A DNA stretch of 64,000 nucleotides from Mobula birostris (lineage: Eukaryota): positions 3,911,079 to 3,975,078 of the forward strand of contig NC_092377.1 in the NCBI RefSeq assembly GCF_030028105.1. The letters run 5' to 3'. The notes under the pieces are model-generated. The model saw nothing but the letters and a program-made list of their open reading frames with translations, searched no databases and was not told where the DNA came from. Shown piece after piece: positions 1-9,599 of this stretch; within the stretch, counting starts at the first letter, position 1, and each line of letters begins with the position of its first letter. Both the position numbers and the translations under genes were made by a program.

Positions 1-372
1 TCTGAACAATCTGGAAATCTGGACTGGGTAAGTAACCCATTTCTTTGCAAAGTGAAAGAACAGGAGGAGAGCTTTCAAGAAGAAATGATCAAAATCCATA
101 ATGATGAAGAAGCAAATATGCTTTTCAAAAATGTCAGCTTTTGTGGTATGTGTCATCACTGCCACAAGAAATTTCTTGGTCTTTGGCAAGCAGCTCTTCA
201 TTGTATTTCCATCCTCCTACCTTGTTGAAAGAGGTTTCTGTACAGTGAACCACATACTTACATAAAAACAGTTGGACTTAGTTTCGTGAGGGGACTTAAG
301 ATTTTTGCTGCCACATCATGAGCCAGATATTTTAACTCTTGCTAAAAACCACCAAGCTCAAGGATCCCGTTG
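1..372 (+). mobile_element. hAT (Buster/Charlie-type) transposase C-terminal remnant
   Basis: Frameshifted translation DWVSNPFLCKVKEQEESFQEEMIKIHNDEE...FPSSYLVERGFCTV...GDLRFLL...EPDI matches the C-terminal dimerization region of ZBED5/SCAND3-like hAT transposases. Contains stops and frameshifts. Confidence 0.7.
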
Positions 373-479
373 ATATCGAAGCTGCTGTACAGCACACAGT
401 TACTGTGTAAGCTAGGCTCCAAGACAAATAAAAATGTAAACCAGAATCATTTTCCTCATGTTAGCATATGGTAGATAAG

Positions 480-1325
480 TTTTGGCGGTGTTGCGAAACA
501 CTGAGGTGGATGAATTTGTAGCAGAGTTACAGATTGGCACGTGATGGGCATCACTGAATTGTGGATGGGAACTTAACATCCAAGGATAAACATTGTATCA
601 AGAAGACAGGCAGGTAGGCAGAGAGAGTAGCTTTGATAATTTAAAAATTAAATCAAATCATTAGAAACTGAAAGGTCTAAAGGTAGATAAATCAACTGGA
701 CCGGATGGTCTGCATCCAAGAATTCAGAAAGAGATGGTTGAACAGACTGTGGAGCCATCAGTGATGTTGTATAAAGAATCAATTGATTATGGCATGGTTA
801 TGGAGGGCTGATAAATGAGAATTGTCACTCCATTCTTCAACAAAGGAAAGGGGTAGAAGAAAGGAAATGATAGGAAAACAAGTCTGACCTTAGTAGTTGC
901 AAACAAATTGGATGTGTCTTTGGGTATTTGGAGGCATGTGATAAATAAGGCAGTAGTCAGCATGGTTTCCTAAAGGGAAAATCTAGCCTGACAAATCTGT
1001 CTGAATTATTTGAAGAAAGGACAAGCAGGATAGACAAAGGAGAATTGGATATTGTGTACTGTGATTTTCAGAAGGCCTTTGACAAGATGCCACACATGAG
1101 GCTGCTTAACAAGTTAAGAGCTGTGGAGGCCAAATTGCTGGTTATTCTTAAGGTAGAAGTCAATAGATTCTAGATTAATCGAGGCATGAAGGGACACAGG
1201 AAGAAGGGAGGAGTCTGGAGTTGAGAGGGAATTGGATCAGCCATGATGAACTGGCAGAGCAGACTCGATGGGCCAAATGGTCTCATTCTGCTCCTATATC
1301 GTATGGTTTCATGGCTGTATTCAGG
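480..1325 (+). mobile_element. Decayed CR1 LINE fragments
   Basis: Remnants of endonuclease and RT motifs (DFQKAFDKMPH) and a CR1 3' end; heavily deleted. Confidence 0.7.
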
Positions 1326-1329
1326 AATT

Positions 1330-1810
1330 CCCACCAGTGTTGGGAGAGGGTTATGCATCTCTGCAGCAACACTAGTGTCTGTGGGACAGCTGGGATCTGG
1401 TGATGTTGTAGTCCCACATTGTGGATCCCCCACCAGAACAAGTGGTTCCTCTCCATCCACCAGAACAAACCCCATTAACATAGGCAGCTCTTAAGTGAGA
1501 TTCACACCGAGTTGTACCACATTCTGGTGTGGGATCTCCAGTGAACAGAAACACAGGAGGCTACAGTTCCATCATGACTAGAGCTTTTCCCATCATCAGG
1601 AGCATCTTGTACCGCATGTATTTCCTCTGTCTCAACTTGTGCTCATGTCATGATGTTTATTTTGTTGTTGGTGTATAACTTATGTTAATTTAATTTTAAA
1701 TTAATTAGTTTTGTCGTGTTTGTAATGGACTGTGCAGGTGCAGTGAGCTGATCTTCATGGTGATTATACCCTGGGTGTGTTCGTCTGTGACAAGACACTT
1801 GAACTTGAAG
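1330..1810 (+). mobile_element. Rex1/Babar-like LINE 3' fragment
   Basis: Similar to the Rex1-type 3' ends elsewhere in the window, with an AT-rich tail. Supplies a minus-strand AATAAA at 1661-1656. Boundaries approximate. Confidence 0.45.
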
Positions 1811-1909
1811 ATGAACTCCTTCACCGTCTAAACTGAGAGCACCGCAATCCAATTGTCAAAATGGTGAGAACATTTAACCCTGCCTCATCTCACCAGTAGA
1901 TCTGATTCA

Positions 1910-2019
1910 CTACAACACTTGTTCAGCCTTGAAACCAATGGAGGTGATGAACAGCACTGGGTCTTTTAGACACTCAGCTTTACCAGGACTGTGAGGATGT
2001 CTGTGCATGGCTGAGCGAC
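1910..2019 (-). CDS. Exon 8 (probable terminal coding exon)
   Basis: Acceptor ccttttactgaatcag|GT is phase-1 compatible and reads RSAMHRHPHSPGKAECLKDPVLFITSIGFKAEQVL to TAG at 1912-1910. An internal donor G|GTAAAG at 1984 could instead make this a 36-bp internal exon. Confidence 0.45.
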
Positions 2020-2206
2020 CTGATTCAGTAAAAGGTGTGAATTCACACCCTGGTCCAATTGGTGATCAGACTGAGCTGCCGCTGACCCATCACCACACGG
2101 GGCTCATTGCTCACTGGCTGTTCCTGTATAAAGACTTCTCCAGTCTCACCACTTCCACAGCAGTTGATATGGTTTAGCCGACCTGTCCAAAGATGTTGCA
2201 ACGTAC

Positions 2207-2249
2207 CTTGGAGATGACCGTAGATGGACTGAGTGGGACATTGCAGAGC
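2207..2249 (-). CDS. Exon 7: cytoplasmic mini-exon, second half of the ITAM
   Basis: Acceptor tttctgttttctctactag|GC, donor CAAG|GTACGT, 43 bp, phase 0-1. Encodes ALQCPTQSIYGHLQ; 90-bp intron from exon 6. Confidence 0.8.
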
Positions 2250-2339
2250 CTAGTAGAGAAAACAGAAATGGTGTGAACAACAGCTTGACAGCTCGTGCTG
2301 TGCGAAAAGCTTCAATGTTCCAGAGGTGACCTTCCTTAC

Positions 2340-2381
2340 CATGTAGGTGTTGTTTGAATCGAGCTGGTGACCTCCTGAACC
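2340..2381 (-). CDS. Exon 6: cytoplasmic mini-exon, first half of the ITAM
   Basis: Acceptor tgttctgttgtag|GG, donor ATG|GTAAGG, 42 bp, phase 0-0. Encodes GSGGHQLDSNNTYM. Confidence 0.8.
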
Positions 2382-2634
2382 CTACAACAGAACACAATTG
2401 AACCATTACATCAGTCTAAACATTGTCAACACTGGCTTTGAGGTGAGAGTGGGACAGTTTAAGGGAGATGTGAAGGGCAAGTTATCTTCACACAGAGGGT
2501 GGTGGGTGTCTGGAACACACTGCCAGGGTGGTGCTGGAAACAGACACAATAGTAGCATTTAAGAGGCATTTAGACAGATGCAGGAACATAGAGGAATAGG
2601 GATTTTATTCAGGGGGATGGGATTAGTTCCATAA

Positions 2635-2990
2635 ACAAGAGATTTTGCAGATGATGGAAATCCAGAGCAACACCCACAAAATGCTGGAGGAACTCAGAAG
2701 GTCAGATAAACTTAGGAAAGGAAGAAGGTGACACCTGCTCCCTGTTCTCTCACTCTCTCACCTCCGTTCAGGGTCCCAACCTATCCCTACAGGTGAGGCA
2801 ACACTTCGCCTGAAAACCTGTTGTGATTGCTAACTGTATCCAGTGCTCCCAATGTGGCCTCCTCTACACCGGTGATACGCGACGTGGACTGGGTGATGGC
2901 TTTCATGAGCACCTTCATTCCATCCGCACAACGAGTATTTCCCGGTGGCCAAACATTCTATTTCCAATCCCATTGTAACATGTCCAATCG
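2635..2990 (+). mobile_element. Penelope-like element fragment (terminal repeat plus GIY-YIG remnant)
   Basis: The atgctggaggaactcag terminal repeat is followed by a degenerate F-x-C...C-x-x-C-G-L-L-Y-x-G-x-T-x-R...EHL GIY-YIG endonuclease motif at about 2790-2920. Confidence 0.65.
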
Positions 2991-3229
2991 TTCAATTCAA
3001 TATCAGAGAATGTAAACAGCATACAACCTGAAACTCGTACTCTTCACAGAGATCCACATAACAGAAAAAACCCAAAGAATGAATGACAGAACATTAGAAC
3101 GCCATTTCCTTCACTCCCTCCAAACTTAAAAAACAGCAAAAGCATCAACCTCCCCTCCCCCACTTACTCTTACAAGGGTGCAAACACCCACTACCCCACT
3201 ACACGCTGTGCAAGTAACAGCAGAACCCC

Positions 3230-4090
3230 ACTGGGGGGGAGAAAGTGGGGGAAAGATAGAAAGCCAGGAGAGAACGTGGGGAGAGAGAGAAGGGGAGAGA
3301 TAGAGAAGGGACAGAGAAAGGGGGCAGTGAAAGGGGGCAGAGAGAGAAAGGGAGAGGAAACGGGAGAGAGAGAAGGGGGAGAGGAAAGGGAAGAGGAAGG
3401 GGGAGAGGAAAGGGGAGAGAAAGGGGGAGAGAGAGAAGGGGAGAGAGAGAAAGGGGGAGAGAGAGAAAGGGGAGGAAACAGGAGAGAGAGAAGGGGGAGA
3501 GGAAAGGGGAGAGGAAGGGGGAGAGGAAAGGGGAGAGAAAGGGGGAGAGAGAGAAGGGGGAGAGAGAGAAAGGGGAGAGAGAGAAAGGGGGAGAGAAAGT
3601 GGGAGAGNNNNNNNNNNNNNNNNNNNNNNNNNNNNNNNNNNNNNNNNNNNNNNNNNNNNNNNNNNNNNNNNNNNNNNNNNNNNNNNNNNNNNNNNNNNNN
3701 NNNNNNNNNNNNNNNNNNNNNNNNNNNNNNNNNNNNNNNNNNNNNNNNNNNNNNNNNNNNNNNNNNNNNNNNNNNNNNNNNNNNNNNNNNNNNNNNNNNN
3801 NNNNGGTAGAGAGGGGGGAGAGAGGGGAGGGAGAGAGGGGGGAGAGGATGGGGAGAGAGAGGGGGAGAGAGAGGGGGGAGAGATGGGGAGACATGGGGGA
3901 GAGAAAGGGGGAGAGATGGGGGAGAGAGAGGGGGATAGATGGGGGAGAGAGAGGGGGAACAGATGGGGAGAGATAGGGGAGAGAGAGGGGGATAGATGGG
4001 GGAGAGAGAGGGGGGACAGATGGGGAGAGATGGGGAGAGAGAGGGGGAGAGAAAGGGGGGAGAGAAAGGGAGGAGAAAAGGAGGGGGAAA
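3230..4090. repeat. Polypurine (G/A) low-complexity tandem array spanning an assembly gap (N 3608-3804)
   Basis: GGGGAGAGAGAAA/GGGGAGAGGAAA-type units left of the gap and GGGAGAGAGAGG/GGGATAGATG-type units right of it. Confidence 0.95.
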
Positions 4091-7020
4091 CATAGAAACA
4101 TAGAAAGCCTGCAGCACAATGTAGGCCCTTCAGACCACAAGGCTGTGCCAAACATATCCTTACTATAGAAATTACCTCCGGTTTCTCAGAGTCTTCCATT
4201 TTACTAAGCCCCATGTACCTATCCAGGAGTCTCTTAAAAGACCCCATCATATCTTCCTCCACCACCGTTGCCGGCAGCCCATTCCCTACACTCACCACTT
4301 CCTGTGTGAAAAAACTTACCCCTGACATCTCCTATGTACGTACTTCCAAGCAGCTTAAAACTGTGCCCTCCCGTTCTAGCCATTTCAGCCCTGGGAAAAA
4401 GCCTCAGAATTAAAGAAAACCCCAGATAAGTGTGAGGTGGTTTATTTTGGTAGGTCAAATATGATGGCAGAGTATAGTGTTAATGGTACGACTCTTGGCA
4501 GTGTGGAGGATCAGAGGGATCTTGGAGTCCGAGTCCATAAGACACGATCATCTACACGATCAATGCCTCTCATCATCTTATACACCTCTATCAGGTCACC
4601 TCTCATCCTCCGTTGCTCCAAGGAGAAAAGGGCAAGCTCACGCAACCTATTCTCATAAGACATGCTCCCCAATCCAGGCAACATCCTTGTAAATCTCCTT
4701 TGCACCCTTTCTATGGTTTCCATGTTCTTCCATTAGTGAGGCAACCAGAATTGAGCACAATACTCCAAGTAGGGTCTGACCAGGGTCCTATATAGCTGTA
4801 ACATTACGTCTCGGCTCCTGAACTGAATCCCATGATTGATGAAGGCCAATGCACCGTATGCCTTCTTCACCACAGAGTCAACCTGCACAGCAGCTTTGAG
4901 TGTCCTATGGACTCGGACTCCAAGATCCCTCTGATCCTCCACACTGCCAAGAGTCGTACCATTAACACTATACTCTGCCATCATATTTGACCTACCAAAA
5001 TAAACCACCTCACACTTATCTGGATTGAACTCCATCTGCCACTTCTCAGCCCCATTTTGCATCCTATCAATGTCCCGCTATAACGTTCCTCATCCAGGTC
5101 AGTTATAAAACTCACGAAGAGTAGGGGTCCCAAAACAGGTCCCTGAGCCACATCTCTGGTCACTGACCTTCATGTAGAATATAACCTGTCCACAACCAAT
5201 CTTTGCCTTCAGGAGGCAATTGAATTCTGGATGCACAAAGCAATGTCCCTTTGGATCCCATGCCTTCTTACTTTCTCAATAATCGTTGAAAAGGGTACCT
5301 ATCAAATGCTTTGCTGAAATCCATATACACTACATCAACTGCTCTACCCTCATCAATGTGTTTAGTCACAACCTTAAAAAATTCAATCAGGCTCATAAGG
5401 CACTACCTGCCTTTGATAAAGCTATGCTGACTATTCCTAATCATATTATGCCTCTCCAAATGTCCATAAATCCTGCCTCTCAGGATCTTCTCCAACAACT
5501 TACCAACCACTGAAGTAAGACTCACTGGTCTATAATTTCCGGGGCTATTTCTACTCCCTTTGTTGAATAAGGGAACAACATTGACAACCTTGCAATCCTC
5601 CAGAACCTCTTCCGTCCTCATTGATGATGCAAAGATCATCGCCAGAGGCTCAGGAATCTCCTCCCTTGCCTCCTACAGTGGCCTGGGGTACATCTCATCC
5701 GGTCCCAGTGACTTATCCAACTTGATGCTTTCCAAAAGCTCCAGCAGATCCTCTTTCTTTATATCTACATGCTCAAGCTTTTCAGTCTGCTGTAAGTCAA
5801 CCCTACAATCACCAAGATTCTTTCTTGTAGTGAATACTGAAGCAAAGTACTTATTAAGTGCCTCTGCTATCTCCTCTGGTTCCATACACACTTTTCCACT
5901 CTCACACTTGATTGGTCCTATTCTCTCATGTCTTATCCTCCTGCTCTTCATTTACTTGCAGAATGCCGTGGGGTTTTCTTTAATTCTGTCCGCCAAGGCC
6001 TTCTCATAACCCTTCTGGCTCTCTTAATTTCATTCTTAAGCTCCTTGCTAGCCTTATAACCTTCTAGATCTCTATCGTCAACTAGCTTTTTGAACCTCTC
6101 GTAAGCTTTTCTTTTCTTCTTGACAAGTTTTGCAACTAGTACCCTACCATTCTTTCCCTGTCTCATTGGAATGTACCTATGCATATCTCCATGCAAATAT
6201 CCCATGAACATTTGCCACATTTCTGTCATACATTTCCCTGAGAACATCTGTTCCCAATTTATGCTTCCAAGTTCCTGGTTGATAGCCTCATATTTCCCTT
6301 TACTCCAATTAAACACTTTCCTAACTTGTCTGTTCCTATCGCTCTCCAATGCTATGGTAAAGGAGATAGAATTACGATCACTATCTCCAAAATAGTCATA
6401 GTCATAGTCATACTTTATTGATCCCGGGGGAAATTAGTTTTCATTACAGTTGCACCATAAATAATAAATAGTAATAAAACCATAAATAGTTAAATAGTAA
6501 TATGGAAAATATGTAAAAAATGCTCTCTCACTGACAGACCTGACACCTGACCAGTTTAATTTCCCAATACCAGATCAAGCACAGCCTCTCCTCTTGGAGC
6601 CTTATCGACGTATTCTGTCAAGAAACCTTCCTGAACACACCTAACAAACTTTATGCCATCTAAAGCCTTTGCTTTTGGGAGATGCCAATCAATATTTGGG
6701 AAATGAAAATTTCCCACCATGACAACCCTGTTATTATTACACCTTTCCAGAATCTGCTTCACTGTCTGATCCTCAATGACCCTGTTACTATTGGGTGGTC
6801 TATCAAAAACACCCAGTAGAGTTATTGACCCCTTCCCGTTCCTAACTTCCACCCACAGAGACTCCTGTGTCCCTCCATGTCTTCCTCCTTTTCTTCATGT
6901 GTGACACTATCTCTGATCAGCAGTCCCATGTCTCCACCTCTTTTGCCTCCCTCCCTGTCCTTTCTGATACATCTATAGCCTGGCACTCCATGTAACCCTT
7001 CCTGCCTCTGAGCCTTCCAA
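4090..7020 (-). mobile_element. CR1 LINE, ORF2 (APE plus RT) pseudogene with (TTCTATG)n tail
   Basis: APE fragment (6556-6852), PGNYRPVSLTS and RT C-terminal motifs in the ORF track; tail at 4090-4107. Interrupted by a short Rex1 3' end at about 6394-6507. Confidence 0.9.
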
Positions 7021-7297
7021 GTCTCTGTAATGGTCAGAACATGGGAGAGAAAGGGGGGTGGAGAGAAAGAGGTGAGAGAAAGGGGTGAGAGAAAGGGGGT
7101 AGAGAAAGGGGGAGAATGGGGAGAAGAATCAGGGGGGGGTGGTTAGAGACTCCTTCAACTTCTCATTCTGGCTTCTGCACCATTCCTTTCAAGGCCTGAT
7201 GAAGGGCCTCGGTCCAAAGCCCCAATCTTTCCATAGATGCTGCCTGAACCACAATGTCACTGGGGAATATCCCTGATGTAAGAAGCCAAGAATAGCT

Positions 7298-7502
7298 GGC
7301 CGGTGGCGTAGTGGCACTAGTGCCGGACTTTGGAGCGAAGACTCCGGAGTTCAAATCCAGCCGGCTCCCTTGCACGCTTTCCATCCGTGCTGGGTTGAGC
7401 GTCGAGCTAGCAACTCGGCCTCGTAAAAATAGGAAAGCCTGCTAAAAACGCCGTCATGACGGCGTCCCGGTGACTCCACTCGGAGCTAAGGGCTTTCTTC
7501 TT
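7298..7502 (+). mobile_element. tRNA-derived SINE (CpG-rich)
   Basis: A box TGGCGTAGTGG, B box GAGTTCAAATCC, pairing ends GGCCGGT/GCCGGCT (7298-7366), non-tRNA body, TTC-repeat tail. The anticodon stem does not pair, so this is not a functional tRNA. Confidence 0.75.
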
Positions 7503-7576
7503 AAGGAGTGAAGAACATACATACCAGAGCGATCCTCACACAATTCTACTTATCTGAGAAAAGCATCAGAACTCAC

Positions 7577-7650
7577 CGGGACATCCCTGGCCATGAAAAC
7601 ATTTTCATAATCTGCCCCTGGGCTCTGGTGATCAGTTTCTGTGGGTGGGT
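7577..7650 (-). CDS. Exon 5: cytoplasmic exon containing YENV
   Basis: Acceptor actctatttcacag|AC, donor CCG|GTGAGT, 74 bp, phase 1-0. Encodes PPTETDHQSPGADYENVFMARDVP and lies 166 bp from the TM exon. Confidence 0.85.
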
Positions 7651-7816
7651 CTGTGAAATAGAGTATAAATTATCAGTAACAGCCGTCTCCGAGCTGTGAG
7701 TCCCACATTGCTGTCACAACACAACGACGGGCTCTTTCACAATCAGTCCCCGACCTTCACATTTTAATAACTCCACACAACAATCGGATCAGAATGAACC
7801 ATTTAGTCACACGTAC

Positions 7817-7936
7817 GGGACGGGTGGTTTCTAAACGCTCTGCGACTGATGAGGAAAATGCCTCCAGTGACAGCGAGAACTCCCAGCACGACAGCCAGAA
7901 TGAGCCAGGCCAGGTACGATGGGGCTTGGGACATCT
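7817..7936 (-). CDS. Exon 4: short stalk, transmembrane helix and basic stop-transfer
   Basis: Acceptor tttccgttcctcaaacag|AG, donor C|GTACGT, 120 bp, phase 1-1. Encodes MSQAPSYLAWLILAVVLGVLAVTGGIFLISRRAFRNHPS. This frame is not in the ORF track. Confidence 0.88.
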
Positions 7937-7999
7937 CTGTTTGAGGAACGGAAAGGAAATCACATCAGTGAGTAAACATCTGGGAAGATCACTGTCAGT

Positions 8000-8760
8000 G
8001 TAGAAGGAATCTGATCGGCCCATCTTCCTGTGCCAGCTCTTTGAAAAAGGTGCTCCCTGATCCCAGTCCCCTCATTCCCCAGAGTCCTGTGAAAAGTTCT
8101 TTCCAAGTATTTACCCAATCCCTGAAGGAATGATGCTGTTCCACCTGCTTGTACCAACTGACCTAGTGGGTGACTGAATAAAGCACTACCCTCAGAGACT
8201 TCCTGTTCCTCGTTGACATCTCACTAGAGACCATAATTCCAGTAAGGCATTGTTACTCTTGTACTCAAATCTGTCCCACAATAATGGACAAGGGGTTCCT
8301 TTCCGAATCACCAGTTGTACCTGCCTGCTGGGTTTGATCTTTGTGTACAAGGCCACCCAGATTCCCCAGGACATGAATATCCCTCAGTCTCTCTCCATTC
8401 AGAAATTACTCTTTGTTTCTATTTTTCCTACCAAGAGAATGATCTCACATTTGTCCACATGATATTCCAACTGTCTTCACCCTGCATGCTCACTCCGTGT
8501 GTCTCCATCCCCGTATGGCTCTGCATCCTCCTCACCGATCACATTGCCAGCACCTCTGCATCCCCGGCAGGCTTGGATACACTTGGTCCCCTCATTGATA
8601 CAGAGTGTTAGAGCTGGGACCCAGCCCTGATCCCAGTCATTACTGACAGTCTTCCAGACAATCACCCTCTCTTCCCATTCCTTGTTCTCTGTCCAGTGAT
8701 CAATCCCAAATCTGATCAATGTACTTTCCCAAATCCCACCTGCTCTGAAATTAATGAAAG
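8000..8760 (-). mobile_element. Decayed CR1 RT fragment
   Basis: Degenerate RT region and 3' sequence in antisense. Boundaries approximate. Confidence 0.55.
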
Positions 8761-8911
8761 GTTTCAAGGTTCAAAGTAAAATTTATTATCAGAGCACATA
8801 CAACCCTGAATTTCTTTTCTTTGTGGGCCAAACTTAGCAGATCTATATGAAACACCCTGGTTTTCTTGGCTGCCTAAGTCTAATGAAGATAATCTCCAGC
8901 CCAGCCAAACT

Positions 8912-9416
8912 TGTGAGATTGAGACGCGATCCCACCCCAAACCACCTGTTTGTGTGAATGCTGTGTAATTCATTCCCCTAATTCACTAATTAGTGCTACG
9001 AAATAACAGACATTACACTGCATACGACTAAAGGATGTACCTTTATAAATATTAATTGATTAAAGGGTTAGTGTAGAAAAGAACTAAAACAAAGAAAAGG
9101 GTCCATTTTAATGAAACAGTCTAATGTGCACAAGTTGGAGCGCACAGTTTCCCCAAGTCACCGATCCTCAATCGATTTCTTCCCGGGCTTCGTCAAATCA
9201 CAATTCCACTCCGGGTTGAATCCTACGACCTCTTCTCTCCAGCGTTTTCCCTCTTCATCTCCTCTTGAACAAAAAAACCCCAACCCCAATCTAGTGTTCC
9301 TCACCAGAGAAACCTCACCTTCAATTCAATCATCCTATTTGGATGACACACATTTCCCCTCATCTCTTATCTTCAACAACACCCCAAACATAAACTGAAA
9401 ACAAGCAGCTCTCACA
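8912..9416. mobile_element. Solo LTR (505 bp)
   Basis: Termini TGTGAG...CTCACA are inverted repeats; flanked by AAACT/GAACT, a 5-bp target duplication with one mismatch. Confidence 0.65.
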
Positions 9417-9599
9417 GAACTACCAAAATGAAATACATACAGCTTAACAGTGAAAATATGAACCAGGGCATTACATATGGAACAGTAACCGTAAAAAGGG
9501 TGACTGAAGAACAAACTGTGTAAATGCAAATATAAATAAATAATGAGCAGGAAAAAATGGCAGAACAGAGTCCTTAAATGAGTGTAGTTATCCCCTTTT

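Noticed and set aside
1-34. Strong plus-strand donor TGG|GTAAGT at 28/29 suggesting an exon at the window start
   Set aside because: The sequence reads through as DWVSNPF of the hAT transposase remnant.
3126-4328. Long Pro/Ser/Leu- or Gly/Glu/Arg-rich ORFs
   Set aside because: Translations of a G/A low-complexity tract and an N gap.
7247-7295. Phase-0 acceptor giving GYSPV, a possible extra tyrosine exon
   Set aside because: No convincing donor, and it runs into a Penelope terminal repeat. The model is complete without it, though it cannot be fully excluded.
7298-7368. Possible tRNA-Gln(TTG) gene
   Set aside because: The anticodon stem does not pair and the sequence continues into a SINE body and tail.
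7757-8023. ORF-track 88-aa minus ORF and 69-aa plus ORF over the TM exon
   Set aside because: Both are in the wrong frame; the biologically coherent reading is the spliced phase-1 frame encoding the TM helix.
8912-8945. Minus-strand peptide WFGVGSRLNLTS resembling a free J segment between V2 and TM
   Set aside because: It is the terminus of the solo LTR (TGTGAG...). There is no RSS upstream and only a weak donor (GTTTGG), so it is coincidental.
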